The notes: a model not told the origin generated them from the sequence alone. DNA of 37,749 nt from an uncultured Thermoprotei archaeon (GCA_965367815.1 CBDUKN010000024.1:1-37749); one strand, 5' to 3'. Counted from the stretch's first letter, positions 8,957 through 18,843 are shown. Translations and numbers: made by a program.

Positions 8957-10496
8957 GTTTCCTCACCCTCTTCTTACGGTAAGCACGTCCTCTTCCAGCA
9001 ACATATCCTACCACAAAAATCACTGCGAGAAGAACTGCTACAAGTATACGTGTACGATACACTGTCAGCTCTAGTTTCTCTTTTGTAGACCTCAGACTCG
9101 CTATTTGCTTAGACATATTTTCTATTTTCTTTTCGAGCTCTGTTACAGCGCTCTGCAGCTCGAATATTTCCTTCATCTTAGCGAGCTCTCCTGGAAGGCT
9201 TGATATTTTCTCTGCCGGCTTAACAATAATCGTAGGCGATACAGCAAAGTACTCACGGTAGACTTTCTCGGCGTATTCTACTGGATTATTTGTAATGTTT
9301 TCATCGAATACTGCTATTATCGACTTGTACGGGAAACTCATAGCTGTGTAGTAGGTGTGAATACCTTCGTCGTCGAAGCTCCAGAGCACCGAGTCTAGTC
9401 CTAGTGTCGGGAATATGAAGACAAAGCCTTTCTTCATAGACGGGTCTGTTGATATGTACCAGCCTTCTTTAATGAGAGAAACAGGGACTTTGACGTCTTC
9501 TCTGCGAGAAAAGTTTCCAGCACCGCTCACTATGACTAGCTTGTATAGTCCTCCTTTGCCGACTCCTCCCCACTCTCTGTTAGCTAAGTTTACTTCAAGA
9601 AACATTCCGGGCTTAGCGTTCTTCCCTGTTATATCTAAGTAGGCGTAAATCCATGTCTGGTTTACGTAAAGTATGTACGTGAATACAGGGTATACGTCTG
9701 TCAAATTGTAGTAGGAAGCTGTTAAAACTACTTTAATTATTCCTCTCACAGGGCCTTCCTTCATGAAGACTACTTTTCCTCCACCAGTCATGGCGTCGGG
9801 GTTGTGCTCTATCCAGCCGGGGTCAGCTGGACAGAAGAGTCTGCTCCACTTCCATAAGAGGCTCATGTACTCTGAGCTCTGCTTAACTATATCGTATCCC
9901 GTCTTGTTTACCACTATAGAGAATATTGCTCCAGACATCCAGGCCGCTTTAACTGCTACAGTAGCCGTAATTAAGCCATTTGACAGGTCGTAGGCCTCGC
10001 TCATGAACTCGGGAGACTCCTTTTTTATTCTCGATATAAGGCCGTATTCTTTTACTCTGACTTTAATAGGGAAAGATACTTTAGGGAGCTTGCTCACTTT
10101 CTTGGCTACGAATACTTTATACTCGTTGCTTTGACCTGCTGGAATAGGCTTGACTGTGAGGAATACTAGCTCGTCTTCTTCCGAGAAGCCGTTAAGATCT
10201 AAGTCGTCTATCTGGCTTGGAATAACGTGGTCTCCGTGGAGCACGGCTGCAGTATTCCAGTCAATATCGTCTTCCTCAGTTTTAGTCACGCCGAACACGT
10301 CTACTTCTCCTTTAGGCAACGCTGCAGCCAGAGTCTTGAGCTCAACTACTATAGGGTAATTAGCCGGAATGCTGTGAGTGCTAGGTGCTTTAACTACAAT
10401 AGTTATCAAATAATATTCGTTAACAGGCTCAGAGTGCACGAGGACAATAGAGAAGAAGAGTATAGTAAATAAAATAAAAGCGCTTAATTTTTCCAT
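8946..10496 (-). CDS. Surface protein: signal peptide, DUF4861-like beta-rich domain, coiled coil, C-terminal TM anchor (paralog A)
   Basis: Hydrophobic N-terminus; 'IPSQIDDLDLNG..EEDELVF'; 'EGPVR'; heptad stretch; TM followed by a basic tail. Confidence 0.65.
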   Translation of the reverse strand: MEKLSAFILFTILFFSIVLVHSEPVNEYYLITIVVKAPSTHSIPANYPIVVELKTLAAALPKGEVDVFGVTKTEEDDIDWNTAAVLHGDHVIPSQIDDLDLNGFSEEDELVFLTVKPIPAGQSNEYKVFVAKKVSKLPKVSFPIKVRVKEYGLISRIKKESPEFMSEAYDLSNGLITATVAVKAAWMSGAIFSIVVNKTGYDIVKQSSEYMSLLWKWSRLFCPADPGWIEHNPDAMTGGGKVVFMKEGPVRGIIKVVLTASYYNLTDVYPVFTYILYVNQTWIYAYLDITGKNAKPGMFLEVNLANREWGGVGKGGLYKLVIVSGAGNFSRREDVKVPVSLIKEGWYISTDPSMKKGFVFIFPTLGLDSVLWSFDDEGIHTYYTAMSFPYKSIIAVFDENITNNPVEYAEKVYREYFAVSPTIIVKPAEKISSLPGELAKMKEIFELQSAVTELEKKIENMSKQIASLRSTKEKLELTVYRTRILVAVLLAVIFVVGYVAGRGRAYRKKRVRKHEE

Positions 10497-10518
10497 AGTT
10501 TCTTCACCGAGCTTTAGT

Positions 10519-12072
10519 TTACTTAGACTCCTTTTTCTTTCTAGCGCCTACAAAGTATCCTATAGCCAGACCTACTACTAGACCTACTACTAGGAGTACT
10601 CCTTGCATTGACTGAGCTGTACTTAGGCTGGACTTCAGGCTGCTTATCTCAGACTCTAGTTCACTTATCTTGCTCTTGTAGCCGCTTATCTCCTGGTTTA
10701 AGCTCTCTATAGTTGACTGTGCCTGCGCTAGCTGCGACTTGAGGTTCTTTATTTCATTGTTTAGTGAGCTTATTTCGCTCTTTAGAGATTCAATTTCTTT
10801 CTGAGCACCCTCAAGGACTACGACTGGTAGGAGCTTTGCTTCCTCTTCTTTAACAACCTCTACTTTAATGTCGGCAGTAGAGTAGCTGTAGACAGTACGT
10901 ATGTATGCGAACGAGTCGTTTGCCACGCTCTTGTCGAATAGTACTAGTATTCTGTAGAATGGTATAGGTATACCTTCCTCGTAGTGTAGTACTATTTCTG
11001 CTCCGGGGCTGCCCCACTCTAGTTTAATTAAGTTTCCGAGAGGATAGAATATTACAGCGAAGCCTTCTAGCTTTTCTTTATTGTATACAGCAATCCATGT
11101 TTCAGTGAGGTTTTCTTTTCTGAGGCTAGTACCCTGCATTCTAGAAAGCTCTCCTACTCCAGGAACATATACTGTGTCGTGGTTTGTTCCCTGATCAGCT
11201 AAGTCGATGAAGCTGGCTTTTACTGGTACTTTAGTGCCGGGCTTGTATCCAGGACCTGTTACTGTGAGCTCTAACTTCACGTAGCTCCAGCCTTTGTAGA
11301 CAGAGTACTTCTTTACAGCATATACGTCTGCTAGCTGTCCGTGAGGTGTTGTTGACTGTAGGACTACTACTGCTCTCACAGGACCTGTGCTCATGTAGAG
11401 TACTTTGAATCTTGGGTTCTTCTCAGCCCATCCTGGGTCTCCTTCAGCTAGATATCGTGACCATCTCCATCCAGTTGAGCCCTTCTCTCTACCCTGTTTA
11501 ACTACATCGTATCCCGTCTTCTTTATTATAGCTGAGAACACTGTTCCTGCAATCCAGTCAGACTCGTTTAGAATAACTACTTTAATTAAGTCGTTTTCTA
11601 GAACTATGCCGGTGCCTAGCTCGGCCATGTCTTCGTATTTAGGTACTATTGTTACTTTACATACTTCTTCATATGTAGGTGCAGGTAGCTTGTAGCCTTT
11701 CTCTGCTACTAGTATCTTGTATGTAACAGAGCCTCCTGCTGGGATGTCTTCTACTAGTTCAAAAGCTATTTCGTAGTCGTCTTCGCTTGTACCAAGCTTG
11801 TCTACCTGTGAAGGTACTAGAGTATCTCCGTAGAGTACGTAGACAGTGCTCCAGTCATAGGATCGTGTTACTGCTGCTTTCAAGTCTTTAACTTTGATTA
11901 CTACTGGTGTTCCGGCCTTAAGCTCTACTGGAGTAGTTATTTTGACATATATGTAGTAGTAGTGCGCTTTCGGAGAAGCATTAAGCGGAAGAATTAGTGT
12001 CAACGCCAGTAGGACTAGTGGTAATAGAAGCAGTTTCTTTCTTACCACCTTTAGGTGGTTAATTTGTTGCAT
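10519..12072 (-). CDS. Surface protein, paralog B (same architecture, longer coiled coil)
   Basis: 'VPSQVD....DDYEIAF', 'KTGYDVVKQ', 'WRWSR...DPGW..NP' and 'GPVR' are shared with paralog A. About 60-aa heptad stalk, then TM and RKKK. Confidence 0.65.
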   Translation of the reverse strand: MQQINHLKVVRKKLLLLPLVLLALTLILPLNASPKAHYYYIYVKITTPVELKAGTPVVIKVKDLKAAVTRSYDWSTVYVLYGDTLVPSQVDKLGTSEDDYEIAFELVEDIPAGGSVTYKILVAEKGYKLPAPTYEEVCKVTIVPKYEDMAELGTGIVLENDLIKVVILNESDWIAGTVFSAIIKKTGYDVVKQGREKGSTGWRWSRYLAEGDPGWAEKNPRFKVLYMSTGPVRAVVVLQSTTPHGQLADVYAVKKYSVYKGWSYVKLELTVTGPGYKPGTKVPVKASFIDLADQGTNHDTVYVPGVGELSRMQGTSLRKENLTETWIAVYNKEKLEGFAVIFYPLGNLIKLEWGSPGAEIVLHYEEGIPIPFYRILVLFDKSVANDSFAYIRTVYSYSTADIKVEVVKEEEAKLLPVVVLEGAQKEIESLKSEISSLNNEIKNLKSQLAQAQSTIESLNQEISGYKSKISELESEISSLKSSLSTAQSMQGVLLVVGLVVGLAIGYFVGARKKKESK

Positions 12073-12143
12073 GTTTTAACTACCGCGGAAACTAATATAA
12101 GACTTTCCATAAACTTTTTATTGTCCTCTGAGATAAATTCACC

Positions 12144-12458
12144 ATGAACAGACTTTACTTAAAAAGAAATCTTATTCTAAGCACACTACTTGTAGCTCTT
12201 CTTCTCTCGGGCATAGCTGTAGCAGGGCCTCTTGAAGAGAAGCTCAAAGAGCTTAAAAAAATATACAACGACAAACTTGCAGAGTACGCTAAGCTAGAGA
12301 AAGCGTATAATGAGCTTTCAGCTGAAGTACAAAGCCTGTTCAATGAGCTGTTTACATTGAGATTAAGCATTATTGCCTTAGGAATAGTAGTATTTGTAAT
12401 AGGATTTATCATAGGCTATAAGCACGAAATGAAAATAACTTATTCTAAAGAAAAATAG
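12144..12458 (+). CDS. Small protein: signal peptide + coiled coil + TM anchor
   Basis: 'LLLSGIAVA' signal, heptads 'LEEKLKELKK...LEKAYNELSAEVQSL', TM 'IIALGIVVFVIGFIIG'. Confidence 0.7.
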   Translation: MNRLYLKRNLILSTLLVALLLSGIAVAGPLEEKLKELKKIYNDKLAEYAKLEKAYNELSAEVQSLFNELFTLRLSIIALGIVVFVIGFIIGYKHEMKITYSKEK

Positions 12459-12462
12459 CTGT

Positions 12463-14307
12463 TTAGTAGGGTAGAAGCCATATAGATTTACTTACTAGTT
12501 TTACTACAGTCAGTAGGAGTCTTAGTGAAGTGTCTCCCACTAGGAAGCCCATTACCATGTAGGCTGAGACTTTAGACCAGTTTTCTCTGAAGTGTTTAGC
12601 TATAAAGTAGTTGCCTACAAGAGAGCCTATGAACTGCGCTATAATGAAGCTTGGAGGCTGAATAATTCCTGTGACGAGAACTACTGGTATCCATGCTTTA
12701 TGCAGAATGAAGTCGCTTACTAAGTATATTGCTGTTCCTGCAACTAGTCCCGCCAGAATATTTTGTTCTCTAAATAAGTACCCTGTCCAAAGCCATTTCT
12801 GGAATCTCCAGAACTCTATTGCTTCTACAGGCCATCCTGTAACAGTATAGGGGTAGGCGCTTGAAGGTATTGGAGCAACGCTCCAGAGCAGAGAGACGTA
12901 GAAGAAGCTCATAATGAAGCCTAGGGTTATTACCAGGAAGTATGCTTTAATGTAGTCTGATAGCCTGCACTTGAGTATCTCGGCCATTTTAAGATGCTGT
13001 GCTACAGTGGAGCCTCCTGTGTAGACTTGAATTGGAGCGAAGAAAGCTTTAGGGTCTCTGTATCCACTGAAGTAGATTACTATTTCCTTGAGGTAGGGGA
13101 CATCGAACCCTATAGTTACACCCGCCGCGTATGTCTGGAGCATTGTTACTATAAAGGACCACGCTACTACTAGGAGGAGTAAAATCCATAGAGGAAAGCC
13201 TGGCACGAATATGTACACCATGATTACTGAGGCTGTAGACGCTATTAGGTACATGAGAAGATAAAACGACCCTTTTGCTCCACCTGATACTCCTTTCATT
13301 AACTTGAATGCTTTAAGTAGATTCTTGTACCTGAAAATCATTGGTGCTACAGCTGACGCTATGCCTAAGCCTATAGCTACGCTGAGCCAGAAGTATATCT
13401 GAGACTTCTGGTAAATCCACAGCCACGAAAAGCCCGGCCTCCACTTAGCTTCGAGAGGCCACAGGTCCTTCAGCGTGATAATATGGTTTCCTACAATATA
13501 TGCGGCGGCCATACCTACGAGCTGGGCTAAAGTTACTTCGACGGGGAGTATTAGTCCTAAGACGTATTGGCTTAAGTCAGTTGGTATTAGTAGAAGTGCT
13601 CCGGGGAAAACACTGTCTGCTATTGGAGTCAAGTCTACTGGCTGGCGTGTTGGCAGAATTACGCCCAGCATGTAGGGTATAATGTCGACTAGGAAGCAGT
13701 ATAGGAGGCCTGCTACTATTGCTAGCAGAAATATTCTGAGTTCAGCTGATCTTTTCTCAGCTATAACATCTATTACTGTGGCTTGGCTTGAAGCCCAGGG
13801 GAATTCGAGCTTATATGTTACTCCGTACAGGTTGTATGCAAAAAGTCCTAGTGAGAGGTTCGCTACAGCGCTAAGTATTACTGAAAAAGCTAGCACTAGA
13901 AGTGGGGTAGCCCAAGCTGGATCGAGGAAAGTTCTAAGCTGCATTACTCTAAGCGCATCGCTTCCCACGGGAGCGTAGAACGGCGGCACTAGCTTAGAAA
14001 CGCCGAGCATTATTGCTATTTCGCTGTTAGCGAAGTAGAGTCTCTTAATTAAATCTACTGCAAACCACGTCGATGTCCAGAGGCCTATCCACTCAAACGT
14101 CATGATGATGAATATCTCTTGTTTCCTAAGTCTGAGGCCGAAAATTCCCGATAGCTCGACCCAGAGCAGAAGTATTATCCACACTGAGAGAGGCATTATT
14201 TCTCCCATAACGAGGTAGTAGTAGATTATAGCTGGCTCTAGAAGCAGTACTGCGAAGAATAGGGCTATAATAGATCTCCAGGTTAAACCTTTCTCGTACT
14301 CATTCAT
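12463..14307 (-). CDS. OPT/YSL-like polytopic membrane protein
   Basis: 'KGLTWRSIIAL' N-terminal motif, 'KLEFPWA', many TM segments. ATG overlaps the stop of the upstream 1464-aa gene (ATGA). Confidence 0.75.
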   Translation of the reverse strand: MNEYEKGLTWRSIIALFFAVLLLEPAIIYYYLVMGEIMPLSVWIILLLWVELSGIFGLRLRKQEIFIIMTFEWIGLWTSTWFAVDLIKRLYFANSEIAIMLGVSKLVPPFYAPVGSDALRVMQLRTFLDPAWATPLLVLAFSVILSAVANLSLGLFAYNLYGVTYKLEFPWASSQATVIDVIAEKRSAELRIFLLAIVAGLLYCFLVDIIPYMLGVILPTRQPVDLTPIADSVFPGALLLIPTDLSQYVLGLILPVEVTLAQLVGMAAAYIVGNHIITLKDLWPLEAKWRPGFSWLWIYQKSQIYFWLSVAIGLGIASAVAPMIFRYKNLLKAFKLMKGVSGGAKGSFYLLMYLIASTASVIMVYIFVPGFPLWILLLLVVAWSFIVTMLQTYAAGVTIGFDVPYLKEIVIYFSGYRDPKAFFAPIQVYTGGSTVAQHLKMAEILKCRLSDYIKAYFLVITLGFIMSFFYVSLLWSVAPIPSSAYPYTVTGWPVEAIEFWRFQKWLWTGYLFREQNILAGLVAGTAIYLVSDFILHKAWIPVVLVTGIIQPPSFIIAQFIGSLVGNYFIAKHFRENWSKVSAYMVMGFLVGDTSLRLLLTVVKLVSKSIWLLPY

Positions 14308-17300
14308 AATTCACCACCTTTAAAGCGGGATAAACCTCTCTCAATATACTCTCTCTTAGACTTATCCGACAGGAATCTCCAGGCCAGAAACTGCTTTCTC
14401 AGCTCCCTGAAGAAGGCTGTATTCGAGGAAATCCAGGGTATTTCGGGTCCAGTCTCCTTCACGGCTACCACTTCGAATCCATATGTAGCGCCTACTTTTG
14501 TAGCCACTATAATTGTTTTCTGCACTATTCCCTGGTCAAAAGGCGCTAGCCTTACTTTAGTCTCGAGTACTTTGACTGGTCTTCCTCCTTCTTCGCGCTC
14601 ATAGTACTTGAAGTCTCCCTCTACGAAGAAGAGGCCCATGCGTTCAACTGAGTGTGCCTCTAAGTACTCTCTTACGAACTCGAGTACACCGTATACTTCT
14701 TTCTCGTTTGCTCTGAACGGCAGAGGTAAAGACCATACGTTGTCTCTTGGCTTAGTTTCTATTTTCCACTTTCTCTCAAAAGACGGTGTAATCAGTGTTG
14801 ATGCCTTGTACGCGGGATATGCTGCTGAAAGTAGAGTAAAGAATACTGTAACTACTACAACTAGTATAACTGCTGCTGAAGCATAGTTAGGGTAGAAGTT
14901 AGGTGGATAAGCTTTTATCGACCAGAGGAACGATACTCCCGCCATTCCTACAACATAGCCTATTACACTTCCCACTATAGAGAATATTAGTGCCTCTGCG
15001 AGAAACATGCCCATGACGTGTACTGGCGCTAGTCCCACTGCGCTATATACTTTGACTTCTCTTACTCTCTCGTATATCGAGTTAAGCATTGTTAAGAGCA
15101 CCGTGAAACCTACGATTAGTAGAGGAACTATAACAGTGCTCAAGCCTCCGACTACTACTTGGACTCTCGGAGCTATTCTCAGAGCTGTTTTCTCTTCCGG
15201 TAGGCCTACGTAGATGTCTACGAGAAATCTCTTAGCCATGGCTTGAGCCAGCTTGTTCAACTCGGCGTCAGATAATTTTTCCTTGGGAATAATGCTTACT
15301 GCGAGTGGCTGGGCGTTAAATGCCTTTAAAGCTAAGCTGACCGGAATAATTACTACGTCGCTTCCCGAGAGCCTTCGCGATACTTCGCTTAAGCCCTGCT
15401 CTATGTCTATCGGCGTTATTGGCTGCTGGTCTAAGTCTACTACTCCGCTGCTTCCTGACCAGAAGTACTTTCCTTCAATAATTCCCTTTACTGTTAGATC
15501 AAGTCCCCATAGGTTAATTCTGCTTCCTAAGCCTACTTTTCTGCCGAGGCTTTCTGAAAGAGCTTCAGCTGTTTTCGCGCTAATAACACAGCAGTACTCT
15601 TCGTCTTCCTGGAAGGCGACGACTTGAGGTGGCAGATTTTCTAGTTCGAGGACTTTGAATAATGCGGGGCTTATAGCTACGGCTCCCTTTATGCTAGCAT
15701 GAGGAGATGCGTTCCACTCGCATATGAACTGGTAGCCTGGAGGATAGATCCAGGAGCGGGGAGCTACAGTAAAGTTGTCGCCTAGCAGAAGCTCCATTTC
15801 TACAATGAATTCTTCTGGTATAGGCTGATTGATCATCCAGGGCGCTCTCTCTATCAGTATTCCCTCGTAGGGTGCTTTCCCGACTTTAATTACATTAATT
15901 AAAATACCTGAAGTAACAGAGGTGAACGCTGTTAAAGCGAGAACAGAGCATATTATTGAAATTAGAGTAAGGACTGTTCTCAGCTTTCTTTTCCTCAAGT
16001 TGCGGGCTCCAGTAGAAAACGCTGTCACTAATAGGCTTAGTCGCTCTACTTCAATAAAGTGTTTTCCTATAGTGTACTCCCTGAACTTCTTCATCTGAGA
16101 GTATGTTTCGCCCAGCAGCATAGCTACAAGCACTAGTACGAGAATACCTATGCTCGCAGAGATAGCCAGTACATACACGTTAATGGTCACATGGAAGCCT
16201 GGGTGGAAAATAGACAGTACTCCAATTGTCACTAAGTATGTTGTGACAGTCAAGAGGACTCTTTTTACTCCTTCTGACATAAATACTAGGCGCTCAAAGC
16301 TTATTGCGAAGAGAGCTGAAAAGAACATGAAGAAGAGTGTTGTGAGGACTATATCGTTCATCTGGCTCATAGCTGCAGTATAGACTCCTCTCGAGTAAGC
16401 CCACAGGGAGAAAGAGCAAGCGTACTGCTGTGTAGGATTCTCCGCAAAGGACTTTTTCGCGGTTTCCTCCATTAAGGAGTAGTACTCGCAGAGTCTAGCT
16501 GATACAGCGCTTTTTTCAACAAGTATTTTTGCTCTACTAACAGCCAAAAAGTACATGTCTCGGGCGTAGTCTAGCGGCGAAGCTATGTACTCCTCGCCTT
16601 CGCGGAGAATAAATCCGTTTCCTGCAAGGTTTTCGGGAGACGCATTATTTAGTACTATTAGAGGATAGGGGTCGTCTGTCCGCACTACTATTTCTACAGG
16701 TACGTTTGGCTCCACAAAAGCAGCTATGTCTTGGAGCGCTGTCGGCGTGTAGGTCTTGGTCATCAGCGTAGAAGGCGGAGGAGCTATATTGTCTCTATGT
16801 ATTAGCGGTGTGTGAGAAAGAAAGTTTAGGACATCTACTGCCTTGAAGTTTATTTGCAGAGTCTGGGGGTCTAGAGGCTGCAGCAGAATTATTGTAGCTG
16901 TCTTAAAGACTGGTACAAGCTTGTAGGCCCGAGAAACCGTTAAGACAAGTGTTCTAGGCAAACCGTAGACACCGGTATCTGTCGCGTAGAGAACTTTGCC
17001 GTGGTTGTCGAGCACGTAGCCTTGAACATCTACTGTCGAGAACGGCTTTAGTCCCTTAACTACAGCTAAGCCTCTGCTGTCAGGCTTTACTACTAGCAGA
17101 AATCCTTTGGCAGCCCACTTAGCGTTTGAAGGAGTATTCGTAGCACTAATACATATTACTGCTCTAGGGTCACTGAAGTTATTGTACCAGGCTGTCTCTA
17201 CGTTGTACTCTGCTAGCTGAACAGATAGTGTGACGTAGCCCCAGTCTCCGTAAAGCCTAGTTGGAGTCAGTGCGTAGGGAATTTCCATGTTCACATACCT

Positions 17301-18698
17301 ATATAGGACTGTCCACAGGTACTTTGCTTGCTTGAAGAAGTTCCTGAGATTTAGTCTATCGAAAGTATCTAGTGGTGTCTGCTGGTAGAGCCTTAGAGTA
17401 TTTGTTGTGACAAAAGCTATTCCTCCACCGAAGGTAGCTGCTGTAAAAGGCTCGCTATCTAAGTAGAGGTAAGGCGGGTCTACTGGTTTAGCTAGCTTAA
17501 TCCACGGCGGGTACGAGAAAGTAATCAAGTCCGCTACGCGAAAATCTTCTTTCCAGAGACTTTTAGCTTCACTAAGCCACTCTCCGAAAAACCTTGTTGA
17601 AACCCATGAGTACTTCTGATTGACTAGAGACTCGGGGTTAATGTATCCGTAGCCTAAGCCCAGCGCATAAAGCCCTAGAATATCGCTGTCCGATGAAAGA
17701 TCTATGCTCGCGAAGCCTTTAATGTATACCCCTATCTCATCGAAATGCCTTTCAACAAACTCTCTAGCACCCCATAAGTACTGGTAGTGTCCTGCTAAAG
17801 CGACAATCCAGACTGTTCTCCTGGGCTTAACTATAGTGAGGGCTCTAGCATACTCCAAGAGAAATGCTATGCCTAGAGAATCTGTAGCGCCTGGAGCTTT
17901 CCCTAGAACAGGTGACCACGAGTCATAATGTGATGCAAGAACCATTACTTCTCCTCGATAGAGAGGATCCGTGCCTTCTATTACTCCCACTATGTTGTAT
18001 GCTTCAACATTTTTCCACTCTACTTTACAGTAAACCCATATTTTGGCGTAGCCATCTCTCTTGATAATCTTCATTAATTGGAGTCCGTCGCTGTAGCTTA
18101 CGTAGAGTCGGGGGAAGTAGAGGGGAACGTTGAGTGATTTAAGCATCCCTTCAGAGTAGCTTGTGCCAATAGGCTCTATGAAAACAACTCCTTTAGCACC
18201 TAAAATACAGAGTATTTTCCATAGGAAGCGAGTATTATAGTCTAGTAGGACAAACTTCCCTCTGATGTCTACTTTCTTTAAGTCGCTGAGGCTACTTATT
18301 CTAACTAAAGTGTCTCCATCCGCAGAACTGTCATAGGAACATGTACAAACATGATTAGGCCAGAGAGGATATGCTTTAATTTTAACAAGAGACTTATTTT
18401 CCCGAACAAGTATATACGAGTACTCTACAACGGGAACTGTTACATTAAATTTCTCTACACGAACCTCAAGCCCATAGCTCCTAAGAGTCCGCTCAATATA
18501 CTTAGCTGCCTCATAGAAACCTTCGTACCCTGTCATTTTGGATTCAAGCGATGAAAGAAACATTATGTGCTTAACAAAAGCTTCCTCACTAAGCAAATTC
18601 TTCAGTTCTGTTAAGTCGTTCTGAGGAGTTGCTGAAATGAGCATAGAGGAGGCTATGAGAGTAAGTAAAAGCGCCGCGAGTAGACGTCCTGTCTTCAT
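14304..18698 (-). CDS. 1464-aa fusion: signal peptide, PA/M28 peptidase-like ectodomain, TM block, MacB/FtsX-type permease, C-terminal soluble domain
   Basis: 'AYNIVGVIEG', 'LASHYDS', 'PGATDSLGIA'; 'RNLRKRKLRTVLTLISI' (MacB-type TM1); 'NSIYERVREVKVYSAVG....VMGMFLAEA' and 'LSAAYPAYKAS' (FtsX). Confidence 0.85.
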   Translation of the reverse strand: MKTGRLLAALLLTLIASSMLISATPQNDLTELKNLLSEEAFVKHIMFLSSLESKMTGYEGFYEAAKYIERTLRSYGLEVRVEKFNVTVPVVEYSYILVRENKSLVKIKAYPLWPNHVCTCSYDSSADGDTLVRISSLSDLKKVDIRGKFVLLDYNTRFLWKILCILGAKGVVFIEPIGTSYSEGMLKSLNVPLYFPRLYVSYSDGLQLMKIIKRDGYAKIWVYCKVEWKNVEAYNIVGVIEGTDPLYRGEVMVLASHYDSWSPVLGKAPGATDSLGIAFLLEYARALTIVKPRRTVWIVALAGHYQYLWGAREFVERHFDEIGVYIKGFASIDLSSDSDILGLYALGLGYGYINPESLVNQKYSWVSTRFFGEWLSEAKSLWKEDFRVADLITFSYPPWIKLAKPVDPPYLYLDSEPFTAATFGGGIAFVTTNTLRLYQQTPLDTFDRLNLRNFFKQAKYLWTVLYRYVNMEIPYALTPTRLYGDWGYVTLSVQLAEYNVETAWYNNFSDPRAVICISATNTPSNAKWAAKGFLLVVKPDSRGLAVVKGLKPFSTVDVQGYVLDNHGKVLYATDTGVYGLPRTLVLTVSRAYKLVPVFKTATIILLQPLDPQTLQINFKAVDVLNFLSHTPLIHRDNIAPPPSTLMTKTYTPTALQDIAAFVEPNVPVEIVVRTDDPYPLIVLNNASPENLAGNGFILREGEEYIASPLDYARDMYFLAVSRAKILVEKSAVSARLCEYYSLMEETAKKSFAENPTQQYACSFSLWAYSRGVYTAAMSQMNDIVLTTLFFMFFSALFAISFERLVFMSEGVKRVLLTVTTYLVTIGVLSIFHPGFHVTINVYVLAISASIGILVLVLVAMLLGETYSQMKKFREYTIGKHFIEVERLSLLVTAFSTGARNLRKRKLRTVLTLISIICSVLALTAFTSVTSGILINVIKVGKAPYEGILIERAPWMINQPIPEEFIVEMELLLGDNFTVAPRSWIYPPGYQFICEWNASPHASIKGAVAISPALFKVLELENLPPQVVAFQEDEEYCCVISAKTAEALSESLGRKVGLGSRINLWGLDLTVKGIIEGKYFWSGSSGVVDLDQQPITPIDIEQGLSEVSRRLSGSDVVIIPVSLALKAFNAQPLAVSIIPKEKLSDAELNKLAQAMAKRFLVDIYVGLPEEKTALRIAPRVQVVVGGLSTVIVPLLIVGFTVLLTMLNSIYERVREVKVYSAVGLAPVHVMGMFLAEALIFSIVGSVIGYVVGMAGVSFLWSIKAYPPNFYPNYASAAVILVVVVTVFFTLLSAAYPAYKASTLITPSFERKWKIETKPRDNVWSLPLPFRANEKEVYGVLEFVREYLEAHSVERMGLFFVEGDFKYYEREEGGRPVKVLETKVRLAPFDQGIVQKTIIVATKVGATYGFEVVAVKETGPEIPWISSNTAFFRELRKQFLAWRFLSDKSKREYIERGLSRFKGGEL

Positions 18699-18843
18699 TT
18701 TACCCCCTCTCGCTGGTTAAATAATTATACAGTATTTAAATTTAGCTTTCAGGCTTTTAAGCCACTTTTTACATACAGTCAGTTTGCCGCTAGATAAATT
18801 ACTTTGAGACAATAGTTTTAAATAAACTAATCGGAGAGATACT
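18699..18843. promoter_or_regulatory. Divergent promoter region between transport and enzyme arms
   Basis: TTTAAAT-type boxes upstream of both genes (about 18733-18743 and 18815-18824). GAGGGGG SD before ATG 18698. Confidence 0.5.
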
